From Bacteriovoracia bacterium (GTDB lineage: Bacteria > Bdellovibrionota > UBA1018 > CAIPTA01), in NCBI GenBank assembly GCA_050246755.1, contig JBFWVL010000002.1, positions 1 to 64,000 of the forward strand: a DNA stretch of 64,000 nucleotides. The letters run 5' to 3'. Each line of letters opens with the position of its first letter. Position 1 is the stretch's first letter. This document shows positions 1 to 9,409 of this stretch, one piece after another. The notes beneath the pieces are model-generated. The model was not told the DNA's origin, searched no databases, and worked only from the letters and a program-made list of their open reading frames with translations. Position numbers and translations under genes: made by a program.

Positions 1-126
1 CCGTAGCGTACGATTCCACTACGGGGAAGCCGCTCTATCTCACATTTAGGGCACTCTGGGCGATGCATGCGCCCGGCAAAAGCAAGTTCCTGGCCAATGA
101 AAAATCAACAATCATGTAGACCGGTT

Positions 127-1455
127 TCAGAAGGAATAGGCCGCCGTCACCGTAACTTCATGCTTCGCATACTGGTACTGCGTCTTCGATTTGGAAAAAT
201 TCCTCGAATAAGCATACTCCAGCGAAGTATCCAGCCATTCCACAAAATTTCTCGCGATCTCCACCGAAGGGTTCACTAAAATTTCGTTGCCGCGCGATCC
301 CTTCTGCTTCATCGTGTCCTTCATCGTAATGGAATAACCGGGTGTAATATCCACTTTCTCGATCAGCCGCGTGAGCGCCACGGACTGGCGGAACTTGTAG
401 TTTTTCTCGTCGTTGATATCGTCGCGCGCGTGGGCATAATCGACGGTCACTGAGTTGGAGAGATCCCACTTCGAGAAGATTTTAATATTCTGCTGGAGCG
501 AGATTTGGGGGGAATAGAAATTCCTTCCGGGATCGTAGTTTTCGTAAGCCTTCAGCGCGGCCTTAAATGTTGTGCTCCCCGTTGCGAACCAATTCAGGCG
601 TTCCCCGAAGGTAAGATTCCAGTAGCGGGAATAGTAGGGAAGAGAATGTTGCTGGCGGTAGTCCCGCAGCATTAGGTTGAATTCGAGGTCCATTAGCGCG
701 GTGGCGGGCCTGCCGTGGCTCATATGCTCGTATTTCGTGCGGAGCGCGGGGGCTAGGGTCACGTTATCGTTTTGGTACACGCGCGGGGTTTCGCGTTGGG
801 TATAAAAAATCGCCGTGGAGCTGAATTCGGGAACGAGGCTGAACGTCTGGGCGAAGTTCAGCTGGTATTTGGCCAGCACCGAGGTTTTGGAAAGCATTGA
901 GTCTTTGTTGGAAACTGCCACCAGGGCTTGGTCGGCTTCGGTGATCACGTTGCTATCGTAGCCGATAGATTGGGAGAGTCGCAGCGTATACGGCTTGATC
1001 GGTAGCGGATTGCCGTTCCGCATGCGGGAAGCGAGGGCGCTATACTCCGCCTCGATTTCTTTCACTTTGCTTTCTGCCTGCTCAAAGGTGGGTGTGCCGA
1101 TTTCGAAATCGCGGGCGCGGCGATAGAGCGGGAGCGCGAATTGGAAGACGGCTTTCGCGCGCGCGGCATCATTTTTTTTGAGTTTCTCCGACACCCGTTC
1201 TTTTTCCATCTCCGCGAGCTGGTAGAGGGCAGGCTGTTTCACTTTGTCGGGATCGACGCTCAGCCGCTGGATGCGTTGGTAATAGTCGCGGGCCACAGGA
1301 TTATTTTCCAGGAGCTGGTTAATGAAGGCCACATAGTAGGCCGATGCCGCCACCTTAAACTGCGCCACGATCGAGCGCTTGAAGAAGGTCTCGGCCTCCT
1401 TGAGTTGCTGGGTGGCAAATAAAGCTTGGCCTAAATCGTAAGACAAGCTCGGGGC
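127..1455 (-). pseudogene. 5'-truncated TPR + outer-membrane beta-barrel protein
   Basis: TPR-like helices (LSYDLGQALF, AYYVAFI) followed by amphipathic beta strands ending in YSF. No signal peptide or credible start; the frame runs into unrelated AT-richer DNA at about 1456. Confidence 0.7.
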
Positions 1456-2003
1456 ACTATGCCTTTCTATGGATAAATTCAAAGGTGTCACTGGTAAATG
1501 AAAGCGGCAAGGTAATTTTAGACTGCCCAGAAGAAGCTGTGTCGGTAGGACTGAATAAAAAACACGAAAATAAGATTGATCGAGAGCCTGCTCAAGCCAC
1601 TTTTCAAGTCAAAAGGGGCCAACCGAGGTTTACTATAGCAAGCGTGCATCTTGTTCCAACTGCAAAGAAGCCCGCAAACGAAGTGCCATGGTTATTTGAT
1701 TCTGTAGATGAAATCAAAGGTGTGATTATTGTGGTCGGCGATTTTAATCTCGGATCTTCACATCAGGCCTTTAAAAAAGCATATGATTTGAAGTTCGTGC
1801 CGGTACTCGATGCTGTCCCCACATCATTAAAGATGAATACGAGATCTCTAAACCAGGCATATGATAATCTTTGGGTCAGGGGAGCTAAGATGAAAGAGTC
1901 TACTGTTGTTGATTTGTATAGGGCGCTTCCGAGTATGGGGCAAAAAGATATTTATAATAATGTCTCTGATCACTCCCCAGTGTCGGCAGTGTTCGGAATG
2001 TAG
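1456..2003 (+). pseudogene. 5'-truncated endonuclease/exonuclease/phosphatase (DNase I-like) protein
   Basis: YAFLW at 1458, then REP, VHL, GDFN, YDN and SDHSP motifs. The N-terminal motifs of the family are absent. Confidence 0.75.
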
Positions 2004-2007
2004 AGAT

Positions 2008-2742
2008 CTAGTTTAAAAAATCAATCTTTTGCTTTTTCTTTCTAACCTGCCTAACAGACTGCTGATAAATATGCGTGTATCGAAGGGTCGTTTCTTGGCG
2101 AGCATGCCCGAGCCAATATCGCGCTAGCACGAAATCTCTCGTTTGCCCTACAAGCTCGGTGCACCTGGTATGTCGGCAGCAATGATAGCTTTTGGCCTTG
2201 TACTTCGTTTTCGCATAGGCGTCTCGAAGCGCTATGGAAACCTCGGTGGTCGTCAGCTCATCAAAAAGTAGGTAGTTCTTTAAATCAGAGCCGAACTTCT
2301 TTTTTGCCAACAGCTTCTCTTGCTCTTTGTAGAGGCCGACTAAGCAATTAAACAGGCCCTTATCGATGATGGGGATGATGCGATTACTCTTCTCATCAAT
2401 CTTACGGCGCCCCTTTAACGGCTTTCTAGCAATGCTTCCATCTGGATGGCGCTTTCGAACTTTATCGGCTGGCTGGCTTTCAAGCACGATGTATCCAAAG
2501 TATTCGATCCCATGCTCTTCAAGCGCAGGCTTCAATACGGAATCTTCTAGTTCACCAACGAATAGATCGTCCATTGAAAGGCCATAAATTTCGTTGAAGC
2601 GCATTCCGGTGAAATAGGCAGTCTCAAAAAAGAGGGCTATCGCGGGATTGCTCTCACGGAGATGGCCACGAATCTCTTCGAACTCTTGTTTCGAAATGAC
2701 GTCATCGAAGTTCCGGCTGTTCAGCTTATCAATGCCAAAGGC
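2008..2742 (-). pseudogene. 5'-truncated tyrosine recombinase/integrase
   Basis: The frame is open upstream of the listed Met (AYFTGMRFNE), with HCCRH, LGHA and TTLRY catalytic motifs. There is an in-frame stop near 2756 and no start codon. Confidence 0.8.
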
Positions 2743-2919
2743 AGTTATCAGAACCTATGTGTAGTTCTAAATAATAAATTTCCAGAAGTTTTAATGCGTA
2801 CGAATGCTCAAAAGAGCTTTCGCCGCGTTCTCTCCCTAAATACTCGTTTGAGATTTGAAGAAAATGTTTGGATCGGAAATATGAATTTAGACTTCCTCTT
2901 CACTCAAATTAGAGGCTAG
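2743..2919 (+). pseudogene. internal gene fragment, possibly DUF559/Vsr-like endonuclease
   Basis: About 57 stop-free codons in AT-rich DNA. RFEENVWIGNMNLDFLF resembles the FRRQxxIGxYIVDF segment of DUF559. Confidence 0.3.
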
Positions 2920-3075
2920 TTTTATGTTTCAAGGCAATACTCTCCTAGGGCGTCCCACAGACACTTTCAAAAAAATCCATGTAATTTTGAGCGCTTGAAT
3001 AATTTTTCTCTTTTGAGTGAGTAAGAATATTTACAAGGCACTAGTCCAATTATAGCGAGAAATTCGGGACCCGTT

Positions 3076-3690
3076 TCAGAAGAGGTCCTTCACCTTGTCT
3101 CGATTGGCTCTGGTGAGATGTAGGTATTGCGAAGTGACGGCGATGTTACTATGCCGAAGATTGTCCCTGACGAATGTTAGCGATAAGCCTTTGTCCAAAC
3201 AGAGGGTACCGTAAGAATGCCGGAGAGAGTGGATAGAGAGATCCGCTGAAAGTTCAGTCAGCCGCAACCAGGATTTGAACCTAGAATGCATATGAGAACG
3301 GCTAGGAACGCGGCCATTCAGTGAGAACACTGGGTTCCAATGGTCTCGCCCCAGAACCTCCTTCTTAATAGCCAGGAACTCGTCGATGATGGCACGGGTC
3401 TTGGGCCCAAAATAGACAGTGCCCTTCTTTCCGTTCTTTGAGATCTCAGCCCGAACCACCAGAAAATCCTCGTGGATGTCTTCCTTCTCTAGCTTTAGAG
3501 CCTCAGAGATTCGTAAGCCCGTCTGCGAGATCAGGGTGAATAGAAAGTAGTCAACCACGGTCCTGACTTCCGCCGGGTTCCTTTTGGGCGAGCCTTTGAT
3601 GATGGCCAGTGACTTGTCTTTTTCCAGTCTCATGCGCTTAAAGAGCCGGATGAGCTGATTTTCAGTGAGTATGCGATCTGCAGATACCAT
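3076..3690 (-). CDS. compact tyrosine recombinase (catalytic domain only, 204 aa)
   Basis: TGLRISE, SKNGK, HSLRH, LRHSNI and TSQY give a full R-K-H-R-H-Y set. GGAGG RBS upstream. Confidence 0.9.
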   Translation of the reverse strand: MVSADRILTENQLIRLFKRMRLEKDKSLAIIKGSPKRNPAEVRTVVDYFLFTLISQTGLRISEALKLEKEDIHEDFLVVRAEISKNGKKGTVYFGPKTRAIIDEFLAIKKEVLGRDHWNPVFSLNGRVPSRSHMHSRFKSWLRLTELSADLSIHSLRHSYGTLCLDKGLSLTFVRDNLRHSNIAVTSQYLHLTRANRDKVKDLF

Positions 3691-3765
3691 GGAGCCTCCA
3701 AAACTGAACTTTTAGAGGAGGATAGTAAGTTTTGTTCGGAAAGAAGCACACGGCTGGTGCAGGTT

Positions 3766-4467
3766 TCACCTAATGGGATAAGGCAGTTTCTGGTTCTGCC
3801 ACTTTTTCACCGGCAGTATAGGGAGGGCATTAATTCCTCCGGCCGACACTGCCTGTACCAGGCGGGGGTGAAGGGCGGTGAAGCGTAGGGAAAAGCTTGC
3901 CGAAGAAGAGAAGCCATTCATAAAAAACTTAGGGGCAATATTTATGCCTGTGGCAGCCATGCGAGCCCGGGCGTCTTCAACCATGGCGATTAATTGCAGG
4001 TCTACGCGCTTGAGCGGTCCTTCTTTGATTTGGATCGTTCTTCTATTCAAGTAGTGGATGTAGTTCTGCCACTCACTCTTAGGCCGAGGAAATACTGGAA
4101 CCAGCATGGGCAACTTAAGCCGTTTCGAAATCCGGTAGTAATAGCCCCTCTCAGTTACTTTTTTCGCAGCTTGGTCATGCAAAGACATATCGTCGCTGGC
4201 CCGGCCGGTGTTGTTAGGTTCGATTAAAAGAACCGGGTGCTTTTCCGATTCCACACCTGAGGGCAAAAGCAGGTAGTAGGCGTAGTTGAATCCCTTGGCC
4301 GGATCCGGCCCAACTTTAAGTAAAGCATCTTTCTTAAACGTGAACTGGGCTGTTGTTGGTGGGTTCTCGAAGTAGTCAACGCTTGGCGTTTCAGTAGCTT
4401 TCTGAGCCGTAGAGCTGCACCCCAATAAGGCGACAAAGCAAAGAATAGAGATAGCGCGAGAAGCCAT
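3766..4467 (-). pseudogene. lipoprotein alpha/beta-hydrolase, probably 3'-truncated
   Basis: Lipobox LLGC and GFSSS nucleophile elbow. It ends abruptly at LPYPIR* before any catalytic Asp/His region. Confidence 0.55.
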
Positions 4468-4773
4468 GCCTCAAGAATAACTGGCTACTCGGCTGCGGTC
4501 ATTAAAGTAATGGGCCGGCCCACTGCCGGATCTTGAAATTATACCCCCAACCGCAAAATGGTTTTCATCCTAGCCCGGAATCTTTCCCGGCCCTCTCGAT
4601 ACAATTTCTAAGTACCCCTCCGCCGCCCCCGGCCTTCTCATTCCCTTCAAAATTTAGTAAAGTGACGCGAGGTTCCGATACTGGCCACCTCCACCATATT
4701 TGGAACCATGAAACGCACTTACGCGTTTGAAACGATTCAACAGTGATTTGGTGCGGTTCTCTTTTGTGGTTCC

Positions 4774-4842
4774 TGACCCGGCGGGGCAAACCCGGTCCGC
4801 ATCATAACACCTGATCCGGACCGGTTTTGCCCGGCCAGGTCA
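4774..4842. repeat. long imperfect inverted repeat (about 31-bp arms, 7-nt loop)
   Basis: tgacccggcggggcaaacccggtccgcatca-taacacc-tgatccggaccggttttgcccggccaggtca, with 4 mismatches. Confidence 0.85.
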
Positions 4843-4887
4843 AGTATTGGATAAAATTCTGAGCGCGGTAAGCAACCATTTGCTGCA

Positions 4888-4923
4888 TAAAAAAACCACC
4901 CGGCCGTTTGCGCCAGGTGGTTT
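4888..4923 (-). terminator. rho-independent terminator after the YtkA-like gene
   Basis: aaaccacc...ggtggttt stem preceded by an A-run (U-tail on the minus strand). Confidence 0.6.
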
Positions 4924-4951
4924 CGCTTTTCGCGCGAAGAAATGCTGAAGG

Positions 4952-5395
4952 CTAGTGGTCGTGGCCGCCACCATCGCCGCCTACGCTTACGGCCCATATC
5001 TTGGTCTCTTCCGTTTCAGAGGGATACTTCACCTTTACCCGAATCTCCCAGTTGCCCGGCATCATGAAATACATATTTCTGACCTCGTAGGTACCAACGA
5101 TCACGCTACCCCGATCGTCGAGCATGCGCTGGATCTGGGTAGGCGCGGAACCGTGGCCCATATCGGGCATCCAAAGGGACACCGATACCGGAAGCGCTGG
5201 CTCGATGATTTCGTGCGTAGAACCGTCGCGCCATTCTAACTTCATTTTTGCCTCGCCTTTGGTGTTCGGCTCGACCAGCCAGGAGAGGTGAGCATGCAGC
5301 TTGCCCTCGGCAAAGGCCAAGTTTCCATGGCCGGGATGAGCGAATGCGGGCGCAGACAATGCAAAGGCGACGAGAGCGTATAAAATAGATTTCAT
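4952..5395 (-). CDS. secreted YtkA/FixH-like protein with His-rich termini
   Basis: Signal peptide, HPGHG, LWMPDMGHGS, YFMMPGNWE and C-terminal GGGHDH. Confidence 0.75.
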   Translation of the reverse strand: MKSILYALVAFALSAPAFAHPGHGNLAFAEGKLHAHLSWLVEPNTKGEAKMKLEWRDGSTHEIIEPALPVSVSLWMPDMGHGSAPTQIQRMLDDRGSVIVGTYEVRNMYFMMPGNWEIRVKVKYPSETEETKIWAVSVGGDGGGHDH

Positions 5396-5420
5396 CTTTC
5401 TTACTCCAACAAAATTAAAG

Positions 5421-6407
5421 TTAATCCAACATCAGCATGCGGCGGTCGAGGGCCATGGGAACGCTTCGGTAGTATCCGCCGTTCTCTCCTGGAAGCGGTG
5501 CCTTCGAAAAGCAAGAATAGTAGTACTTGTCGTCCATCATGGGCGCGCCAACCGGGTGGCCGTTGACCGGGAATCTCCAGACGCGGATTTCCGGTTCCGG
5601 AATTGCGCGTCCTTTCAGCGAGTTGATGCCGTATTTCCAAATTGGAACTCCGCCGAAGCTTACGATCACTTTTTTGGCGTCCGACACGATGCTATCGGCG
5701 CCGGGATCCATGCCGCCCAGTTCAGCTACGACGGCTTCCGTATCCATGTTGATGACTACGATGCCGCGAAAGATCTTCACGCCGTCGCCCGGTTGCGTGA
5801 GATGAAAGTTATCCAGCACTACGTAAGCGAGGTTGCCCTGCACCGTTACTCCCGTGGCCATGGACTCCAGGGGAAGCTGCTTCTGAATCAGGCGGTATTG
5901 GTTCGTAAGCCGCTTGGTGCTGGTATTGAAAAACGACACTCCAAGCCGCCCGTGGGCAATGATGAGCTTGTCTTTGTAACGGGCGAAAGCCTGGGCATGC
6001 TGCTGGTACGCCAGAGGACCATTGATCGCGTATGTCTGGTATCCGGCAGTTCGCTCGCGCTTGGCTAGGTTCCATTCTTCGATGGAAGAATAGGTGAGCA
6101 CGTACGCGGTGCCATCAACGGTCGCGGTGTCGATCGCGGCATCTTTGGTGGCCAGGTTGTAAGCCTCGCTCCCGTCAAACGGAACCACACGCATCTGGCC
6201 GGGGATTGGGTTTCTGGGTTCCTCGAAGCCGCGGCGGTAAGAACCAAAACCAAGGTAAAGATTTTGATCATCGTAGCGCACGAAGTTGCCGCAGCTGGGC
6301 TGTGCTTCGAGGGTGGATTTGATCAATTCGGATTCCGGAGCGGCGGCGGCATTTATGGCCGCAGTCAGGCCAAAAAGAAAGACGGGCAGAATTTTCATTA
6401 CGTTCAT
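5421..6407 (-). CDS. secreted beta-propeller (LVIVD-like) protein
   Basis: Signal peptide and repeated beta-strand units (GVTVQGNLAYVV, LIIAHGRLGV). AGGAG RBS. Confidence 0.6.
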   Translation of the reverse strand: MNVMKILPVFLFGLTAAINAAAAPESELIKSTLEAQPSCGNFVRYDDQNLYLGFGSYRRGFEEPRNPIPGQMRVVPFDGSEAYNLATKDAAIDTATVDGTAYVLTYSSIEEWNLAKRERTAGYQTYAINGPLAYQQHAQAFARYKDKLIIAHGRLGVSFFNTSTKRLTNQYRLIQKQLPLESMATGVTVQGNLAYVVLDNFHLTQPGDGVKIFRGIVVINMDTEAVVAELGGMDPGADSIVSDAKKVIVSFGGVPIWKYGINSLKGRAIPEPEIRVWRFPVNGHPVGAPMMDDKYYYSCFSKAPLPGENGGYYRSVPMALDRRMLMLD

Positions 6408-6416
6408 AACTCTCCT

Positions 6417-6920
6417 TTAAGTGTATTTTTTGAGCTTTCTCTGCAAGCTTTGGCGATGAAGGCCAAGGTCCTTGGCCGTACGAGAAATATTTCCCTCGTT
6501 TTTGGTGAGCACGAAGTCGATATACTCGTGCTCAACCTGGGAGAGTGAAGGCGCCTTGAACTCAGGATCCACCGGGCCGCGTTTGCCAAGGAGCGCGGCT
6601 TCGATGGCGGAGAAGCTGGCAGGTTTAGTAAGGTAGTCTACGGCTCCTCTCTTCACGGCTTCCACGGCCGTGGCGATACTCCCGTATCCGGAGAGCACTA
6701 CGATGCGGCAAGCGGGAGAAAGTCCCAGAATCAAATCGATGGCATCGAGGCCGAATTCTCCCGAAAGTCGAAGGTCGATCACGGCGAATGAGAAGGCGAT
6801 TTTTGGAATAGCTTTGATGGAGCCTATCGTCGAGGGCGAGTAGCCATGATCTTCGAATTCACGGGCCAGTCCATTCGCTAACCGCGTGTCGTCTTCGAGG
6901 ATAAGCACGGCTGGTTTCAT
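6417..6920 (-). CDS. regA: RegA/PrrA/ActR-family response regulator
   Basis: REC domain, SGYGSIATAVEAVKRGAVDYLTKP and Fis-type HTH GNISRTAKDLGLHRQSLQRKL. Confidence 0.9.
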   Translation of the reverse strand: MKPAVLILEDDTRLANGLAREFEDHGYSPSTIGSIKAIPKIAFSFAVIDLRLSGEFGLDAIDLILGLSPACRIVVLSGYGSIATAVEAVKRGAVDYLTKPASFSAIEAALLGKRGPVDPEFKAPSLSQVEHEYIDFVLTKNEGNISRTAKDLGLHRQSLQRKLKKYT

Positions 6921-8254
6921 GCGGAGTTCTCGCCTTCTGGCCATTCCAAGAAAACGGTCGCGCCAAGGTCCGAATTCTCCACGCGCAGATCGCCGCCTAA
7001 CGACTGGGCGAAAAGCTGGGACACATAGAGGCCTAAACCAGTGCCCTGAGGTTTAGTGGTGATAAAGGGTTCACCGAGTCTTTCCAGTACGGAGCGGGGT
7101 ATGCCCGCACCATTGTCTTTAATCGATAGCCGTAAGGTGCCGTCTTCACGCTGGAGATTAACGAGAATTTCTTCTCCGGGAGCGGCAGCCGCGGCGTTAT
7201 CGAGAAGGTTCAAAACTACTTGCGCGAAATTTAGCGGTGGAAGCTTCCCGGAGAACGAGGCTTCCGCCCTAACTTTCACGATGCAGGTTGGATTCTGTTC
7301 TTGCCAAGAATCGACTACGTCTCGTAGCAGGTCGCTGACTACTACGGAGTTGAAGCGAAAGGCACGGGCGTCCAGCTGCGAAGCGTTCATCTGATGAAGT
7401 ACGGTTTCACAGGAATGGAGCGCCTCTAATGCCTCCGTAACGTCCTCGGAGGGCGTTTTCCGATTTAGTCTTTCCAGCCGCAGCTTCGCGGCATGGAGGG
7501 GGCTTGCGAACTCATGGGAAAATCCCGCCGCGAGCGCTCCCAGCGAGCGGAGCCGATCTTGCTTTTCCAGTAAATGGCGCTGGTGAAGCTGTTTCTCTTG
7601 CTGGCGGTCCAGGTAAGACCCCAGCGATCTCATTACGAGCCAAAAGCAAATCAGGAGAAAGTGGAAGGCGGCAAAGGTTGCATAGAGCGCGCCGAGAGCA
7701 GTTTCATTTCTGTCGATGAGCGATCGAAGCTGCAATACGCATAAGAACATATGAGCAAAAGCCAGGAAGACCACTCCGATGCGACCCCGGATCAGGATCG
7801 CGCCCAGCGATGCGTGAAGGAAAAACAGCGCCACGAAGGGATTGGCGAAACTTCCGGCCAGGAAAAGCAGGCTCGAAAGCATCGTCAGGTCAAAACTGAG
7901 CTGAACGAAGGTCAGGAGAGGGGTCGCGTTGAGCGCCCCATTTTTCAGGAAGAGCTGAGTGAAAAGATTTACGAGGAAGAGCAGGGCGATAATTCCCAAA
8001 AACACGGGAAAAGTACTCGCGGGCACTACGCCGGAGGCGAGTGCCGGAACCGAGAGCGCCGAAAAAGCGCCGATCGCTAGCCAGCGTAGGCGCACCAGCC
8101 AAAGAAGTTTTGCGCGTTCCGTGCTTCCTTCCTTGTGGGGGAATAGAAAAATGCGGCCGGAAGTATCCGCCACCACGCCAAGAAGCGTCCGAAGCCGCGA
8201 TGAAATCGCGGAAAATACCTGGAGCTTCGAATTCTGAGATAAGGCTACTCTCAT
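6917..8254 (-). CDS. regB: RegB/PrrB/ActS-family sensor histidine kinase
   Basis: LRWLAI and ANPF membrane motifs, H-box AAGFSHEFASPL, and NLLDNA/GTGLGL ATPase boxes. Confidence 0.88.
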   Translation of the reverse strand: MRVALSQNSKLQVFSAISSRLRTLLGVVADTSGRIFLFPHKEGSTERAKLLWLVRLRWLAIGAFSALSVPALASGVVPASTFPVFLGIIALLFLVNLFTQLFLKNGALNATPLLTFVQLSFDLTMLSSLLFLAGSFANPFVALFFLHASLGAILIRGRIGVVFLAFAHMFLCVLQLRSLIDRNETALGALYATFAAFHFLLICFWLVMRSLGSYLDRQQEKQLHQRHLLEKQDRLRSLGALAAGFSHEFASPLHAAKLRLERLNRKTPSEDVTEALEALHSCETVLHQMNASQLDARAFRFNSVVVSDLLRDVVDSWQEQNPTCIVKVRAEASFSGKLPPLNFAQVVLNLLDNAAAAAPGEEILVNLQREDGTLRLSIKDNGAGIPRSVLERLGEPFITTKPQGTGLGLYVSQLFAQSLGGDLRVENSDLGATVFLEWPEGENSA

Positions 8255-8304
8255 AGCTCAAGATTTATCTTAAATTTGCGGCATTTGCGATGCGGTCAGC
8301 GTGG

Positions 8305-8321
8305 TGCAGCGTTTTGTTGCA
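8305..8321. promoter_or_regulatory. candidate RegA/PrrA binding box
   Basis: TGCAGC-gtttt-GTTGCA in the divergent intergenic region, with a half-site TGCGGC at 8277. Confidence 0.5.
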
Positions 8322-8358
8322 TTTCCAAAGAGCGCGGTTGCCATGCTATGCAGGAGTA

Positions 8359-8928
8359 ATGCGAACCTCTTTTGTACTCCTGGCTCTTTCTATCATCCTA
8401 TTTCTCCCACGCCAGGCCATTGCTGCGGCGCAGCCTGAGTCTATTTCGGGTATCGACATCGTGGACGCAAAGCCTGTTCTGGTAGAAATGGCCAAAGAGA
8501 AGGGGGTAGCGGTGGTATTTCTTTCCGCGGTCTGCCCCTGCTCCAATAGTCATCTACAGGAACTCTCCGCGCTCGCAAAAGAGTATTCTGAGTTCAAGTT
8601 TCTCGGTGTTCATTCCAATACGGACGAGGCGAAAGAGGCGACGGAGCTCTACTTTAAGGGGGCGAAGCTTCCTTTTCCTGTCATTCACGATAAGGGTGCC
8701 GCAATTGCAAACCGGTTTAAGGCGTTTAAGACTCCGCATGCTTTTCTAATGAAAGAAGGCGCGGTGGTTTATCAAGGCGGCGTTTCCAGCAGTAAGAATT
8801 TTGAAAATGCTGACCGAAAATTTCTTCGCGAAGCGCTGGAAGATTTGAAAAACAATAGGCCGGTGAAAACTCCCGAAGGCCGCACACTAGGGTGCGTCAT
8901 CACCCGAGGAGAAAAAGATGTCTGGTAA
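8359..8928 (+). CDS. exported redoxin/thioredoxin-fold protein
   Basis: Signal peptide, CPCSNSH, TPHAF, YQG and C-terminal LGC. AGGAG RBS. Confidence 0.8.
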   Translation: MRTSFVLLALSIILFLPRQAIAAAQPESISGIDIVDAKPVLVEMAKEKGVAVVFLSAVCPCSNSHLQELSALAKEYSEFKFLGVHSNTDEAKEATELYFKGAKLPFPVIHDKGAAIANRFKAFKTPHAFLMKEGAVVYQGGVSSSKNFENADRKFLREALEDLKNNRPVKTPEGRTLGCVITRGEKDVW

Positions 8929-9409
8929 AATCGTACTTCAACTCATTGCGGTCGGCTTGATGCTACTGGGTTGCGCGCAGCCAAAATATGAGAATTCTCC
9001 TTCGTCCGGTTTGAGCACCGATCAGCAGAAGCAGGGACAAGGCCTCGGGATCAAGTTTCCTCAGTCCGGGATTCAGATGGCCTGGCGTTGGGAGAAAGAA
9101 CCAGTTGGCCCTGAAGAGGGCGTGCTCGTAGTGCGCACGTATCGGCTTTCGCCAGTAGACAATTTTCCGGAGCCGGTAGATGTGAGCGCCGACCTAACCT
9201 TGAAGCTCTGGATGCCCGACATGGGACATGGCTCTGCGCCAACGGTGGTAGAGCGAATGCGCGACGCGAATGGAGTATTGGTGACGGGCGCATATCGCGT
9301 AAAGTCGATCTACTTCATCATGCCCGGCTACTGGGAAATGATCTTCGAGATTCAAGAAGGGGGAGTGGTTCGTGACAGCGCCAAAGTCAGTTTGGTTCGC
9401 GCTTCTTAG
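8918..9409 (+). CDS. YtkA/FixH-like lipoprotein
   Basis: Lipobox LLGC, LWMPDMGHGSAPT and YFIMPGYWE; paralog of 4952-5395. Confidence 0.75.
   Translation: MSGKIVLQLIAVGLMLLGCAQPKYENSPSSGLSTDQQKQGQGLGIKFPQSGIQMAWRWEKEPVGPEEGVLVVRTYRLSPVDNFPEPVDVSADLTLKLWMPDMGHGSAPTVVERMRDANGVLVTGAYRVKSIYFIMPGYWEMIFEIQEGGVVRDSAKVSLVRAS

Noticed and set aside
1-126. tRNA or att-site remnant at the window start
   Set aside because: Only short hairpins (ccgtag/ctacgg) are present, with no cloverleaf or T-loop consensus.
2662-2742. N-terminal part of the 85-aa plus-strand ORF
   Set aside because: It is antisense to the integrase fragment; only the part after about 2743 looks like a separate coding fragment.
3780-3788. 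AAGGCAGTT as another junction motif
   Set aside because: The hydrolase reading frame (KLPYPI) continues through it, so the break is about 10 nt further left. It is probably a chance match and shows the motif is weak.
4774-4842. Hairpin as an integron attC site
   Set aside because: It lacks RYYYAAC/GTTRRRY ends, and the nearby recombinase lacks the IntI-specific insertion.
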